A stretch of 64,000 nt of DNA. Source: a virus (lineage: Duplodnaviria > Heunggongvirae > Uroviricota > Caudoviricetes). The DNA lies in the IMG/VR virus record IMGVR_UViG_3300049049_000146, positions 131,216 through 195,215 of that record; one strand, written 5' to 3'. This document shows, one piece after another, positions 19,203 to 28,756 of this stretch. Every line of letters begins with the position of its first letter. The first letter of the stretch is position 1. The notes under the pieces were generated by a model. It was not told the DNA's origin, did not search any database, and worked only from the letters and a program-made list of their open reading frames with translations. The position numbers and the translations under genes were made by a program.

Positions 19203-19396
19203 GCCTCACGAATCTTCGCCGGCAAGTCCTGCCACTCAGGCATCGGATTCCCCTGGAAATTCTTACCCGCCGTCACCGACGCGTAAGCGTAGTACAGGTC
19301 GCGGGCCTGAGTGTTAATAGACGTTGGCTCGCTCGGCGCCTCGGCGATGTGAGCGAAACGACCATCATACGCTGGGAGACTATTCATCGACTTCAT
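19154..19396 (-). CDS. hypothetical protein
   Basis: Y..Y...TAGKNFQGNPMPEWQDLPAKIREAW pattern seen in phage proteins. Confidence 0.6.
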   Translation of the reverse strand: MKSMNSLPAYDGRFAHIAEAPSEPTSINTQARDLYYAYASVTAGKNFQGNPMPEWQDLPAKIREAWIMATVTAHLQKLGG

Positions 19397-19890
19397 GTGA
19401 ACTCCGGGGAATTTCGGTACTCAAGCCGAAGGGCTCGAATGTAGAGTGCGAGTCTTGCGCGAACGTACCGCATTGTCAAAGCATTACGTGCCATTTGACC
19501 TACGGTTTCGTCCCTGTTCTTCCTAAGGTCGTACTCAGCGACCTCAGCGTAGTGAATTGCTACACCGTATGAAGGCGAAGAGAAGTAGTCGGAACGACTG
19601 ATTGGCGTAAATGCCTCGCTGACGAGTTCGCGACAGGTGCGCCAATTCCCGCGTGCAGCAAAGTACGTAGCGATGCGCATCATGGAATCGAACATCTCCC
19701 GGCTGATAGCGAGAGGATGCGCAGATTCATCGATCGTAGCCACACGGGGCTTCAGTTTGTGTCTCGGCAACTTTCCCGTGAACATGAACTTGAAGAGGAT
19801 GGTCTTCTGCTCTTCAGTCAGATTACGGAAATCGATAGCCGGGGCTTCTTCCTTGGCCACCGGAACCGACAATGACTTCTTACGCGCCAT
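19393..19890 (-). CDS. hypothetical protein
   Basis: Tiling. Confidence 0.6.
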   Translation of the reverse strand: MARKKSLSVPVAKEEAPAIDFRNLTEEQKTILFKFMFTGKLPRHKLKPRVATIDESAHPLAISREMFDSMMRIATYFAARGNWRTCRELVSEAFTPISRSDYFSSPSYGVAIHYAEVAEYDLRKNRDETVGQMARNALTMRYVRARLALYIRALRLEYRNSPEFT

Positions 19891-19892
19891 GC

Positions 19893-20201
19893 TCAATCCA
19901 TCTGGTAGAAGACGGTCGCGTCCCAGCCCCGGGCGCGAAGCAGGTCGCACATCGCCTCAGCGCACCGGAGGCGCTTAGAGGCCATACCCACGGGAGGAGT
20001 GATCTTGATGCACTTACGACCAAGCCATTTGCTGGAGTGGGCGTCAGGAAGGAGGCGTTCGACCTTCTTACTCCAGCGAATGCCGGAGAGGACGACGTAA
20101 TCTGCGCTACACGACCCGCCGTCAGGAACCTGCTCGGCAGCTGCCTTACCGGCCGCAACGGCGTCCCTCATGTCCATCGCCAACTTATCGTAGTCAATCA
20201 T
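19893..20201 (-). CDS. hypothetical protein
   Basis: DGGSCSADY...YQMD; ATGA tiling. Confidence 0.6.
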   Translation of the reverse strand: MIDYDKLAMDMRDAVAAGKAAAEQVPDGGSCSADYVVLSGIRWSKKVERLLPDAHSSKWLGRKCIKITPPVGMASKRLRCAEAMCDLLRARGWDATVFYQMD

Positions 20202-20464
20202 CGCGCAAGCCTCGGGTTCATCGGCACGTCGCCGCCGCGACGGCTGATCGTGACCTTGTTCGACTTCTCATTGTAGGTGAGGAGCACCCGACCACCACGG
20301 GGCCCGTACGCTACGTACAGGCACCCCTTGGTGTCCTCCATCCAATCAAGGTCGCTCTTCGGGCGCGAGCGCGAGAGGGACTTCGACTCAGCGGCCTTCG
20401 GGAATTCCTGGAAGATCCGGTCGAACACGTCGGCGATCTTCATCGTCTTGATCTTCTTGGCCAT
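20198..20464 (-). CDS. hypothetical protein
   Basis: Starts 10 nt after a TCTGTAAA motif. Confidence 0.55.
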   Translation of the reverse strand: MAKKIKTMKIADVFDRIFQEFPKAAESKSLSRSRPKSDLDWMEDTKGCLYVAYGPRGGRVLLTYNEKSNKVTISRRGGDVPMNPRLAR

Positions 20465-20489
20465 AAGCCGTCCTTTACAGAAAAAGGGC

Positions 20490-20525
20490 AAAAGAAAAGG
20501 CTGGTCGCCGTCAGACGCCAGCCTT
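20490..20525 (-). terminator. intrinsic terminator
   Basis: AAGGCTGG...CCAGCCTT followed by TTCTTTT. Confidence 0.7.
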
Positions 20526-20534
20526 GTCTAGGAC

Positions 20535-20921
20535 TCAGTTGTAGTCGATGCGGCCAACAGGCAGGCCCATGCGCTCCGCAGCGTTGCGAAGCAGATGAGC
20601 CAATTCCATCGAGATGTCGCTGTACTCGTCCCCGTACACCGCGACGACGTTGTCTTCATCGACATTGAAGACGGGCTCTTTGCTGTTTCGGTACTCGGTG
20701 TCGGTAAGCTCGCGGTTGATTCGCTCGCGCTGCTCTCTGGTCACAGCGAAGCTTCCGCAGCTACCACGACTCCAAAGCTCATCGCCTATGTAGCCGTCCT
20801 GAAGCTCGTACTTCGAGATGAAGGCAGCGACCTGAGCGTCCTCAAGGACCTGGCGCGGAATCCAGTAGACGACGCTGCTACTGTTGGTGATGAATCCGAT
20901 GTTGATGGTGACTCGCTTCAT
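20535..20921 (-). CDS. conserved phage protein with ITNSSS motif
   Basis: IGFITNSSS resembles the (R)xxFVTNSSS family N-terminus. Confidence 0.65.
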   Translation of the reverse strand: MKRVTINIGFITNSSSVVYWIPRQVLEDAQVAAFISKYELQDGYIGDELWSRGSCGSFAVTREQRERINRELTDTEYRNSKEPVFNVDEDNVVAVYGDEYSDISMELAHLLRNAAERMGLPVGRIDYN

Positions 20922-21106
20922 TTGTCATCCTCCTCGTCGGACCTAGCATCGGCGGACTTTGCAAAGGAATCCGTAGTTGGCTTCATGACCCAACTATCTC
21001 CGTGATCCTTGCAACCGAAAGTCACCCAGGCAGCGCCGACCTCAGTCAGCCAGCAACCGCAGGGGTAATACTCGCCTTCCATCTCAAGAGGCTTCGGCTT
21101 AGGCAC
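20918..21106 (-). CDS. hypothetical protein
   Basis: Tiling. Confidence 0.5.
   Translation of the reverse strand: MPKPKPLEMEGEYYPCGCWLTEVGAAWVTFGCKDHGDSWVMKPTTDSFAKSADARSDEEDDK
20944..20960 (-). promoter_or_regulatory. class A promoter-like motif, copy 4
   Basis: AAAGTCCGCCGATGCTA followed by GAGGAGG RBS of the 20921 gene. Confidence 0.75.
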
Positions 21107-21323
21107 TGACCGTCTCCACGGGCTGAGCAGTCCTGAACCAGAGCTTGCCGTCGCGCTCCATCAAATCGCCAATGACTCTACGGTTCCCCTTCATCGTGCG
21201 CTCGATATTGCCGTAGTAGCCCGCGATATGAAGAATCACCTCGCCCTTCAAGGTGTTCACAATAGCAACACCCCTTACTGGGTCGTACGATTCGATGTAT
21301 CCCTCAACGACTTCTTGGCTCAT
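21099..21323 (-). CDS. small OB/cold-shock-like protein
   Basis: GYIESYDPVRGVAIV...VILHI pattern. Confidence 0.5.
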   Translation of the reverse strand: MSQEVVEGYIESYDPVRGVAIVNTLKGEVILHIAGYYGNIERTMKGNRRVIGDLMERDGKLWFRTAQPVETVSA

Positions 21324-22012
21324 GGCTGAAACTCCTCGAATTCCTTCAGGGCGGCCTCAAGCTCAGCGGGGGCTTCCCTGAGCTTCTTCTTGCGGGACTT
21401 GAGATGCTCTTCCTGAGCAGCCGCGTAAGCGACCTCGGTTTCAGCATTAGACGCGTCAACGGCCTCCTGGAAGGCCGGGACCTCGTTGCCCCAGCTGGTC
21501 CAGCCCTCGCGCAACGAGCGGGCAAAGAATTCGACGTACGGGCCCTTCGAGCGCGCCTCAATCAAGTCATAGAAGCACGCTGGCTTCCCCGAGTGCTTGA
21601 TTTTGCCGTCGTCCTTCTTGACGTGCTCTGCATCGAGATGGCTCGGAAGGTTTCTCAGGTCCGTGTAGACGGACGGATCCTTCCCCTTTCCGCGGACGCC
21701 GAAGAGCATAAGCTCGTGCTTGCCGCGGAAGTATTGGCCGATGCCGATCTTGGGCTTCGTCCAGACGACGTTGGTCACGTATCTGAAGCCCAGCTGGTCG
21801 AGGAGCCAAAGACCGTGCTGGAGGAACGTGTTGGTCACCCACATGTAACAGTGGGCGTTCTCCGCTGGCGTCCACAAACCGGAGCCGCGGATAACGTCTG
21901 GCATATCCTGCGTCTTCAGAAGAGGATAGTGCCTATCCGCTCCGCGCTTGATTTTGCCACCGCCCCGCTCGTTCCACGGCGGGTCCAGCATTAGAGTGCG
22001 AAATTCAGTCAT
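21320..22012 (-). CDS. MT-A70 family N6-adenine methyltransferase
   Basis: FRTLMLDPPW, CYMWVTN, GFRY...VWTK, G.GQYFRG.HE..LFG..G, HSGKP..FYDLIE, YVEFFAR. Confidence 0.92.
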   Translation of the reverse strand: MTEFRTLMLDPPWNERGGGKIKRGADRHYPLLKTQDMPDVIRGSGLWTPAENAHCYMWVTNTFLQHGLWLLDQLGFRYVTNVVWTKPKIGIGQYFRGKHELMLFGVRGKGKDPSVYTDLRNLPSHLDAEHVKKDDGKIKHSGKPACFYDLIEARSKGPYVEFFARSLREGWTSWGNEVPAFQEAVDASNAETEVAYAAAQEEHLKSRKKKLREAPAELEAALKEFEEFQP

Positions 22013-22782
22013 ACACGCACCGCTTTCACGAATGCGCTTTTACAGACAACAAAGAAGTCCGTACTGACCGAATCACGGTGTTGGAACAGCGGAGTGGTCT
22101 CAACGAAATAACCCATGTCCGCTGGTCGCCCGACCATGTAGATCTCGTCAGCGTCAAGCACCTGCGTGCCTGGGGCTCGATAGAAATCGGAGTACACAGG
22201 GATCCTACCTGCGTACCCATCGAACATCGTTCCCAGATGACCCTGCTCGATCTCATCGGGGTCGGTCGGCGCAACATAGCTGAATTCGCTACGCTTATCC
22301 TGAAGGATGTCCGAACCGACCGAAGAGACAATCAACGCGCCAGGGAGTGCCCCGAGATCGTTGATCAGATGCTCAGCCATCGCAGTGAGCACCGGAACGT
22401 TAAAAGGTTCAGGGTGCATCACGATCGTGTTCATGCCAGCAAGCTTACGAATCTCGCGAATCGCCACTTCGTCTTCGGCGTAAACAAGAGACGAAAGAAC
22501 AAGGTCGAATTCGCGTGAGTTCCTTGGCGCCATGCTCTTGAAGAAAGCACTGGCTGGCCACGAGATCTTCGGAGCGATTCTCGCGTACGTATGCGAAGTG
22601 TACGTCGAGAATATCTTCCGAGCGAGGCTCGTTTCCTGCGCCTGCTTCTGCAAGCGAATGACTGACCACGGATTGTCGTCGTAGTAGTCGCCAGCGAACT
22701 GACAGGAGGGGTTGGAGCACCCCTCCACGTGCGTCATACCCACATAGTTACATGGGCTTCCACAGGAAGTACAGGTTGGCAT
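22009..22782 (-). CDS. Zn-ribbon protein with possible major-capsid (gp23-like) C-terminal fragment
   Basis: LIVSS...GHLGTMFDGYAGRIPVYSDFY...EIYMVG resembles the T4-like capsid G.L.G...VY.D.Y...VG segment. Confidence 0.5.
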   Translation of the reverse strand: MPTCTSCGSPCNYVGMTHVEGCSNPSCQFAGDYYDDNPWSVIRLQKQAQETSLARKIFSTYTSHTYARIAPKISWPASAFFKSMAPRNSREFDLVLSSLVYAEDEVAIREIRKLAGMNTIVMHPEPFNVPVLTAMAEHLINDLGALPGALIVSSVGSDILQDKRSEFSYVAPTDPDEIEQGHLGTMFDGYAGRIPVYSDFYRAPGTQVLDADEIYMVGRPADMGYFVETTPLFQHRDSVSTDFFVVCKSAFVKAVRV

Positions 22783-23052
22783 TTAGTAACTCGTCCAGTG
22801 GTGGTCTGGGTTCAGCAAAAGAAAGCGCATGAGACTCATCTCATGCCCAAGAATCCAAAGCGTGTCCTCACGCTTCGAATACTGCTTCTTCACCTCATCC
22901 ATGTACGCATCCATCACGTACACGGTGTAGCGGTGAGCGTGAGGTTCCGCCGCGGAAAGGATCCGCCTCGTCTGCTCCGTGTTCATCTGGAACAAACTGA
23001 ATTCCTGAGACGAACGGTCACCCGAGGCGAATAGATGGAGGTTCGTGCTCAC
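22783..23052 (-). CDS. hypothetical protein
   Basis: Tiling. Confidence 0.55.
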   Translation of the reverse strand: MSTNLHLFASGDRSSQEFSLFQMNTEQTRRILSAAEPHAHRYTVYVMDAYMDEVKKQYSKREDTLWILGHEMSLMRFLLLNPDHHWTSY

Positions 23053-23435
23053 TTCTTACTCCGAGCGTAGGCAAGGGCGTCCTTCCAGCCCTCCGCAGAC
23101 GCAGGGAAGCGGGCAGACGGGCTCGGTGCGTATTCGTCAGAGATCGGCTTCTTGTCCGTGAAATGCGGGTCGATGTTCTTCCACTTCACCGCTGCAATGG
23201 CCGGGACGTGGAGGTACACGAGAACCTTCGTGCCCTCGTACGCGCAGCGCGAACAATTCGGGTACCGCACCTTCATGATGAGGTGGTAGCCCTCCTGGAC
23301 GACGTCGAGAACCTTGTAGTTCTTCGCGTCAGGAGTCTCAGGCGTATAGCTATAGCTTGAGGTGTGCCAGGCGCTGCCCTTAGTCGCCTTACCACTGGTG
23401 CAGTTCGGGTCGCCGTCCTTATGATGACAGGTCAT
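23049..23435 (-). CDS. hypothetical protein
   Basis: YPNCSRCAYEGTKVLVY, DPHF, SPSARFP..EGW. Confidence 0.65.
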   Translation of the reverse strand: MTCHHKDGDPNCTSGKATKGSAWHTSSYSYTPETPDAKNYKVLDVVQEGYHLIMKVRYPNCSRCAYEGTKVLVYLHVPAIAAVKWKNIDPHFTDKKPISDEYAPSPSARFPASAEGWKDALAYARSKK

Positions 23436-23602
23436 TACCACTTCTCCCCGCGGTAGCCGCCGATGCTGAAGAACACGATGCCGCCCACCATCAGGCCGCC
23501 TGCCATCACCCACATGGGGTGGTGAACATCCAGATGTCCAATCCAGCCGATGACGGCCAGAAGAACGCCAGAGCCCAGAATGTACTGTCCCACACGCAGC
23601 AT
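23435..23602 (-). CDS. small two-TM membrane protein (not in ORF track)
   Basis: MLRVGQYILGSGVLLAVIGW...GGIVFFSIGGYRGEKW*, TAATG overlap with the next gene. Confidence 0.6.
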   Translation of the reverse strand: MLRVGQYILGSGVLLAVIGWIGHLDVHHPMWVMAGGLMVGGIVFFSIGGYRGEKW

Positions 23603-23610
23603 CGCAAACC

Positions 23611-25296
23611 TCACTTCATCGTCAGAGTACAGACTCCGAGACCACGAACGTAACCCAGCTTACCAGCAATACGGGTAAGCTTCATGTCATCCGACAATGC
23701 CTTGTCCTCGACGACCTTCATCTGCGCCGAACCGATCTTCGAGGAGAAAAGCTCCAGCTTCTCGTCCTCAACCATCGACACGCAGACACCCGAATCGAGC
23801 ACCACGAAATTGATCGTGGGGATCGTAATGTCGTTCGTCACGCGGATGTCGTACTTCAAGTAATCCTGGTCGAAGCGGAAGACGAAGCGATCGTACTTGC
23901 CCTGCTTCGCGCCGATTACCATCAGCACACCACGGTCGAACTTGGCGTCGGTAATCTTGTAGCCGTCAAGCTCGGGGATACGAACCTGATAGCTCGCTTT
24001 CGAGCGAGGGAACACAGAGATGTACGTCGAGCCCAGCATGTTCTGGGTGACCACCCCCTGCCAGAGGTGCGACGAGTTCTCCATGACCGAAGCCACGACG
24101 TGCGTGCCTACGATCACCTCATTCGTCTCGGTGAGCACAAGCTCAAGAATGTTGTCACGGTTACGAAGGTACACACGACCCTCGTACTCCATGATTTCAT
24201 CCGCACGCAGCGAATGCTTGAGCCCCTTCCGCGCCAGCGCATCATCGATCATGACGACGTCGCCCTGGAGCCAGCACACGATCGGCTTCTGGCCAATCGG
24301 AGTTCTAGCGACGCTCACGAGCGGGCGGATCGCACCGATATAGTTCTGCCCATTCGGGGAGAAAACCCCATCGTCGGTCTGGACGATATCGCCGTGGGCG
24401 CTGTAGTGGTAGCCACGAATCACTGCGGCCATCGTGAACAGCACCTTGACGTCGAGCGACGCGCTGACCGCGCTGCGCACCGTCGGGGCGATGATGTTCG
24501 CCTTCGCCTGAAGGTCGGTCGGCGGAGCGAGGCGCTTGCCGTCTTCAAGTACCGCACGGTACCAGTCGCGGTAAACCTGGGGAATCACGTCGACAGGGTA
24601 CGCAGCGGAAGGTACGCCGACGTCTTTGTTGAAGACGGAAATGCCCTTCTGCATGCGCTCGTCGAGCGTCTTCACCTGAGGGTGCTTGCCCTTGTACGGG
24701 TGAATTCCGACGAACATCTGGAAGGAAATGATCGCGAAGGAGAACCAGTCAGAAAGCTCGCTGAAGTCTCCGATCGCCGTCTTCCAGTCTCGAACCGACG
24801 GCATGATAGCCGTCGCAGGGAAATGCTTCGTCTGGTACGAATCGACGTCGATGAAATACGCCTCGTCAAATCGCTTGCTGACAAGGCAGTTCATCTCGTT
24901 CATGTCGACGACAAGCACCTGAGAGCGATGAATGTTCTTCACGCTCTCCTGCATTCGGCGCACGAGATTCAGGATGGTCGAGTGGTCCAGACCTTCACGC
25001 TCGCGAAATGCCCGAGGAAACAGCTGGCACAGCGTGTACGTGTCGGTGACAAAGCGCATCGCATACCCGACGGCCTTGCCCTTCTCGTCGAGGAGAATCT
25101 CCTGAGGACGGATGACGTTCTGATCCTGGATTGCGGCGAGTTCGTTGAACTTCGCCTCCGGGATCATCTTCTTCGGGTCGTTGTAGATCTTGTACGCCTT
25201 ACCGCCCTTGCGATAGACGTCGCCCTCACCACCGGAAGCAACGAAATCAGTCTTGCCTAGACTGACCGTGCCTCCGCCCTTCACGGTGACCTTCAT
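23611..25296 (-). CDS. Ser/Thr protein kinase-like protein (YegI/TerY-P-associated type)
   Basis: GGEGDVY, AYKIY, VVDMNEMNCLV, FIDVDSYQ, SDWFSFAIISFQMFVGIHPYKG; beta-rich C-terminal domain. Confidence 0.88.
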   Translation of the reverse strand: MKVTVKGGGTVSLGKTDFVASGGEGDVYRKGGKAYKIYNDPKKMIPEAKFNELAAIQDQNVIRPQEILLDEKGKAVGYAMRFVTDTYTLCQLFPRAFREREGLDHSTILNLVRRMQESVKNIHRSQVLVVDMNEMNCLVSKRFDEAYFIDVDSYQTKHFPATAIMPSVRDWKTAIGDFSELSDWFSFAIISFQMFVGIHPYKGKHPQVKTLDERMQKGISVFNKDVGVPSAAYPVDVIPQVYRDWYRAVLEDGKRLAPPTDLQAKANIIAPTVRSAVSASLDVKVLFTMAAVIRGYHYSAHGDIVQTDDGVFSPNGQNYIGAIRPLVSVARTPIGQKPIVCWLQGDVVMIDDALARKGLKHSLRADEIMEYEGRVYLRNRDNILELVLTETNEVIVGTHVVASVMENSSHLWQGVVTQNMLGSTYISVFPRSKASYQVRIPELDGYKITDAKFDRGVLMVIGAKQGKYDRFVFRFDQDYLKYDIRVTNDITIPTINFVVLDSGVCVSMVEDEKLELFSSKIGSAQMKVVEDKALSDDMKLTRIAGKLGYVRGLGVCTLTMK

Positions 25297-25299
25297 AGA

Positions 25300-26376
25300 T
25301 CAACCTCCGACGACACTGGCCGCGTGGTCGAGAGCCTTGGTCATACCTTCGACCGAGTGCTCGTACCACGTCGTCTCAACTTGCTTTCCGTCCTTGTGAA
25401 TGACGAGCTTCACCGGAGCATGATTGCGTCCCCACTCCACATCGACAGACCACCCGGTGTCCTGCATCCGGCCCTTCTCGTTGCGAGGACGCTCCAAGAG
25501 CCTCTTGCAGACCCTACCATCATCGAACTTTTCGGTGGGGTGCCAGGTATCGTGGCACTGGCCAATGCTCAAGCTGTACTCTTCATGCTTGAACGGAGCG
25601 ACATTCGCACGCTGCATCACGTACAAGAAGATGGGATTGGTCTCCTTGTACTCCTGCCACTTCCGTTCCCACTCGTCCTGACGCGCCTTGTGTTCAGCAC
25701 GGCGTTTGGCTTCCGCCTCGTCAATCCATTCGCCGATCTTCACGAACTTACCGCCTTCGAGACGGAAAGTCTTCGTCGCCACGACGACCTTCTCTTCGTC
25801 TTCGTCGGTAAATTCCGTGTAATCCTTGCCGGCGATATCTCCCTTGGAGCGCGCCTCGGACGTGGTAATCGTGCCGTCCCGCCGAACGTAAGGACGCACC
25901 CCGTCCGAGTCGATGAATTCATCACCCTCGAATTCGACCTGAGGCCAGCACTTCCCCATCGGGTCGGAGAAGTCGTAGAATCGGAACTCGTAGGGACAGG
26001 CCCAAATGCAACCGTCCACAACGAGCAGCTGGTGTTCCTCCTCGAAAGAGTAATCGACCCAGCAGAAACCGACGCCGTCCTCTGCCTCCTTCGGGAGGTG
26101 GTCTCGACGCTTGCCCGTGTCAAGCTCAATGACCGTCTGGCCCTGGTAATCAGCGCCGCAGACCAGGTAGTCGTGGCCGTTCGGATGGCCCTCGATGAAA
26201 AGGAAAGGGAACGACGAATAGTTCCGCTGTACCTCAGCGATAACCCGGTCACCCTCCTTCACCACACCCTTGGTGTAATTCCAGCAGCCAGGCTTCGTCG
26301 CGATTGACGTTACGGACAGCGTGTACTTCCCGCTGTCGCTCGTCTCGGTCTTATAGGGCTTTTCTTCAGACATCAC
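25300..26376 (-). CDS. hypothetical protein between PP2C and kinase
   Basis: 358-aa ORF; DGCIWACPYEFRFYDFSDP. Confidence 0.7.
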   Translation of the reverse strand: MMSEEKPYKTETSDSGKYTLSVTSIATKPGCWNYTKGVVKEGDRVIAEVQRNYSSFPFLFIEGHPNGHDYLVCGADYQGQTVIELDTGKRRDHLPKEAEDGVGFCWVDYSFEEEHQLLVVDGCIWACPYEFRFYDFSDPMGKCWPQVEFEGDEFIDSDGVRPYVRRDGTITTSEARSKGDIAGKDYTEFTDEDEEKVVVATKTFRLEGGKFVKIGEWIDEAEAKRRAEHKARQDEWERKWQEYKETNPIFLYVMQRANVAPFKHEEYSLSIGQCHDTWHPTEKFDDGRVCKRLLERPRNEKGRMQDTGWSVDVEWGRNHAPVKLVIHKDGKQVETTWYEHSVEGMTKALDHAASVVGG

Positions 26377-27243
26377 TCACCCACCCAGGTAAATCGCTGC
26401 GACCGAGAAATCGTCCGTGTGAATCCACCCCTGCTCCTCGCACTCCTTCGTCAGGAAGCGCTTGGCGCGGCGGACCATGAATTCACCAGTCGGATTCTTC
26501 ACGTCCATAAGGCGGTCGATGACCTTATGAACAACGACCGGGTCCTTCGTCTCTTTCATCTGAAAAGACTCGGCGCCATCGGAACACGCAAGCGCCAGGT
26601 CGTAATCATTCTTGTCGAATTCGAAAGCCAAGGGCTTCGTCCCGACCTCCATCGTGACAGTGTTCCACTGCCCCGATTCGCTTCCGTAGAAGGACACGTC
26701 ACGCCGCCCGTTCTCGCTGAAAGCGAGGTACGAAGCGCGTCGGCCTTCATGGAGGGAATAGCTGGCGTACGCCGGAGCGCCCATCATGAACTGGACGGCG
26801 AGCAGGTCGAAATCGCGCGTCTTCTTATTCCGAAGGGCGATGACACCGTCCCCGGAAATCCAGGCGCGGATGACCTTCTCAGACGAGTCGTGCATGAGGG
26901 CCACGACAGTCGCATCGAGGCAATTCGGACGGTCAACGCTAGCGTACGGGAACATCTGGCTGGCCCGGACCGCCATTTCGTTGAGAGTGCGCTCTGCATC
27001 CTCGGTCATACGGAGCCCGCCTGAGGCGCGGAAGCTCGGCATGTAATCGACCAGAGCATGAGCCAGCAAGCGGGCACCGATGTCAGTATTCGGCGAGCCC
27101 GAGCATCCGTCGCAGACGACCGCAATCTCGATCTCGCGGTCAGCCAACTTGGACGTACCCGTAAGGGCGTAATCCTGGCAGTAGTTGTGAGTAGCACCAA
27201 TCTGGTAGAAGCTATCGACGCCCATATCAATCCTCGTCATCAA
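26377..27243 (-). CDS. PP2C-like phosphatase (YegK type)
   Basis: HNYCQDYA, VVCDGCSG, GARL, DATVV, GDG, CSDG, DDFSVA. Confidence 0.88.
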   Translation of the reverse strand: MMTRIDMGVDSFYQIGATHNYCQDYALTGTSKLADREIEIAVVCDGCSGSPNTDIGARLLAHALVDYMPSFRASGGLRMTEDAERTLNEMAVRASQMFPYASVDRPNCLDATVVALMHDSSEKVIRAWISGDGVIALRNKKTRDFDLLAVQFMMGAPAYASYSLHEGRRASYLAFSENGRRDVSFYGSESGQWNTVTMEVGTKPLAFEFDKNDYDLALACSDGAESFQMKETKDPVVVHKVIDRLMDVKNPTGEFMVRRAKRFLTKECEEQGWIHTDDFSVAAIYLGG

Positions 27244-27538
27244 GAAGAGCAGTCGTCTGACGCATCATCGTCCAGCGAGTATTGCCGTTCTTGTCAACGA
27301 CACGGGTTCCCTTGACGAATTCGACGCCGGGAACTTCCTTGTACTTGCGGCTCTGGAATTGTTCCTGGTCAATGACCAGGTAGCCGTGCTCGTCGATCGT
27401 GAGGCCGGCTGCACGTGCCTTATCAAGCTCACGCTGCCGGTGACGCTCATCGAGCTTCTCGGCGTACCGAATAACCTTCGCGCCTGCCTTCCGAAGCTTG
27501 TACCCGAACTTCCGAAGCTCCTCCGTTAAAAGGCTCAT
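27227..27538 (-). CDS. hypothetical protein
   Basis: Tiling. Confidence 0.55.
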   Translation of the reverse strand: MSLLTEELRKFGYKLRKAGAKVIRYAEKLDERHRQRELDKARAAGLTIDEHGYLVIDQEQFQSRKYKEVPGVEFVKGTRVVDKNGNTRWTMMRQTTALLDDED

Positions 27539-27963
27539 CGGTCAACCCACTCGTAACCCTTCGGGGGCTTCGGCCAGGGCTTTTCGAGATGCGTACCAGC
27601 GAGACGAACGCTGGACCAATCATGCAGGTCGAACAGCGGCTTGATCGGAAGAACGCCGATGAGAGGGTGAATCACGCAGTTATGCAGGAGCCACCACGAC
27701 ATGTGACGAACCTGATTCAGGCCCTTCGCTCGAAGCCGCCACGCCTCGGTACGGTATCGAAACCGCTCGTACGACGTCTTCTGATTGAACTTCTTGGGAT
27801 CAGGCCACCACTGCTTCCTGCCGGCGTCGCGTGCTGCGAAGAACTTCCGAAGCTCTTCCTTGTCCTGATCCTTCAACTGCCTGAAGGACTGCGCGGCCGT
27901 CTTCGGATCCTTGAGCGTCTCGGCCTTGCGATCGAACTCGCCCTCATCCGGATCAAGGAACAT
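27535..27963 (-). CDS. hypothetical protein
   Basis: WWLLHNCVIHPLIGVLP...HDWS motif. Confidence 0.6.
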   Translation of the reverse strand: MFLDPDEGEFDRKAETLKDPKTAAQSFRQLKDQDKEELRKFFAARDAGRKQWWPDPKKFNQKTSYERFRYRTEAWRLRAKGLNQVRHMSWWLLHNCVIHPLIGVLPIKPLFDLHDWSSVRLAGTHLEKPWPKPPKGYEWVDR

Positions 27964-28207
27964 TTCCGCCTCCCATCTTCTTGCGAACTTCCTCTAGACG
28001 TTCCTGAACGGTAGGATCGTCGAGAACAGCAAACACATTCGTCGTTCTGATGTAGTAGAGCGCGTCTTCCGTATTGAGGTAGCCCTTGTTGTCGTCGAGC
28101 ATCCTAAGCTTTCGCTCAAGGATATCCAGCAACGATGAACAGGCACGAATTACCGCACGCTCAGGCGAATCATCTTCTTCAGGCATGCAACTCCGAGATG
28201 ACATCAA
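27953..28207 (-). CDS. hypothetical protein
   Basis: Tiling. Confidence 0.5.
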   Translation of the reverse strand: MMSSRSCMPEEDDSPERAVIRACSSLLDILERKLRMLDDNKGYLNTEDALYYIRTTNVFAVLDDPTVQERLEEVRKKMGGGNVP

Positions 28208-28499
28208 TTGCCATCACGACAACCCCAGCTGGTAGGCCGAATGGCGATGGGCCGCGAAGCAAGTAAGTCACGCGAACGACGAACCAACGTCCGGTGTACT
28301 GTTGAGTATCTGGGTCGAATTCGTCGAGAGCCAGACACTGACCCACCGCGTATGGTGGGTCCTTATCGTCGGCCCGAATCTCGAACTTCTTCTCACCAGA
28401 CCAAACAGCATTGAAGAATTGTGGCCAGGTCTTCAATTCGTGGGTGGTGATTGCGTTGTCGACCCACTTACGGCGTGATGTTGGGCAAGCGAACGTCAT
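28179..28499 (-). CDS. DUF3850 / ASCH-like domain protein
   Basis: HELKTWPQFFNAVWSGEKKFEIR.DD..YAVGQ.L.L.E..P....YTGR. Confidence 0.8.
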   Translation of the reverse strand: MTFACPTSRRKWVDNAITTHELKTWPQFFNAVWSGEKKFEIRADDKDPPYAVGQCLALDEFDPDTQQYTGRWFVVRVTYLLRGPSPFGLPAGVVVMAIDVISELHA

Positions 28500-28756
28500 T
28501 TCTTCTTGTTCCAGGATTCGAGGTAGAACTTCTTGTCCCGCTCCGGGCAGTGCTCGTCGCAGTACGCGAACATATCGTCCGGGTGCCACCACGTGGCAGG
28601 CTTGCCGCAGCTGGGCTCATGGACGCGGTGCCCGCCAGAGCCACACTTCCAGTGGCCGGCGCAGGTCGGCGGGAAGTATTCCCCGTCATCGCCGTAGTCA
28701 TACTCCTTCCGGATTTCCTCAGGAGCATCATCGAAGGCCGGGCAACGGTCCATCAT
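28496..28756 (-). CDS. small Cys-rich protein
   Basis: CAG...C...CGKPA...YCDEHCP. Confidence 0.55.
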   Translation of the reverse strand: MMDRCPAFDDAPEEIRKEYDYGDDGEYFPPTCAGHWKCGSGGHRVHEPSCGKPATWWHPDDMFAYCDEHCPERDKKFYLESWNKKK

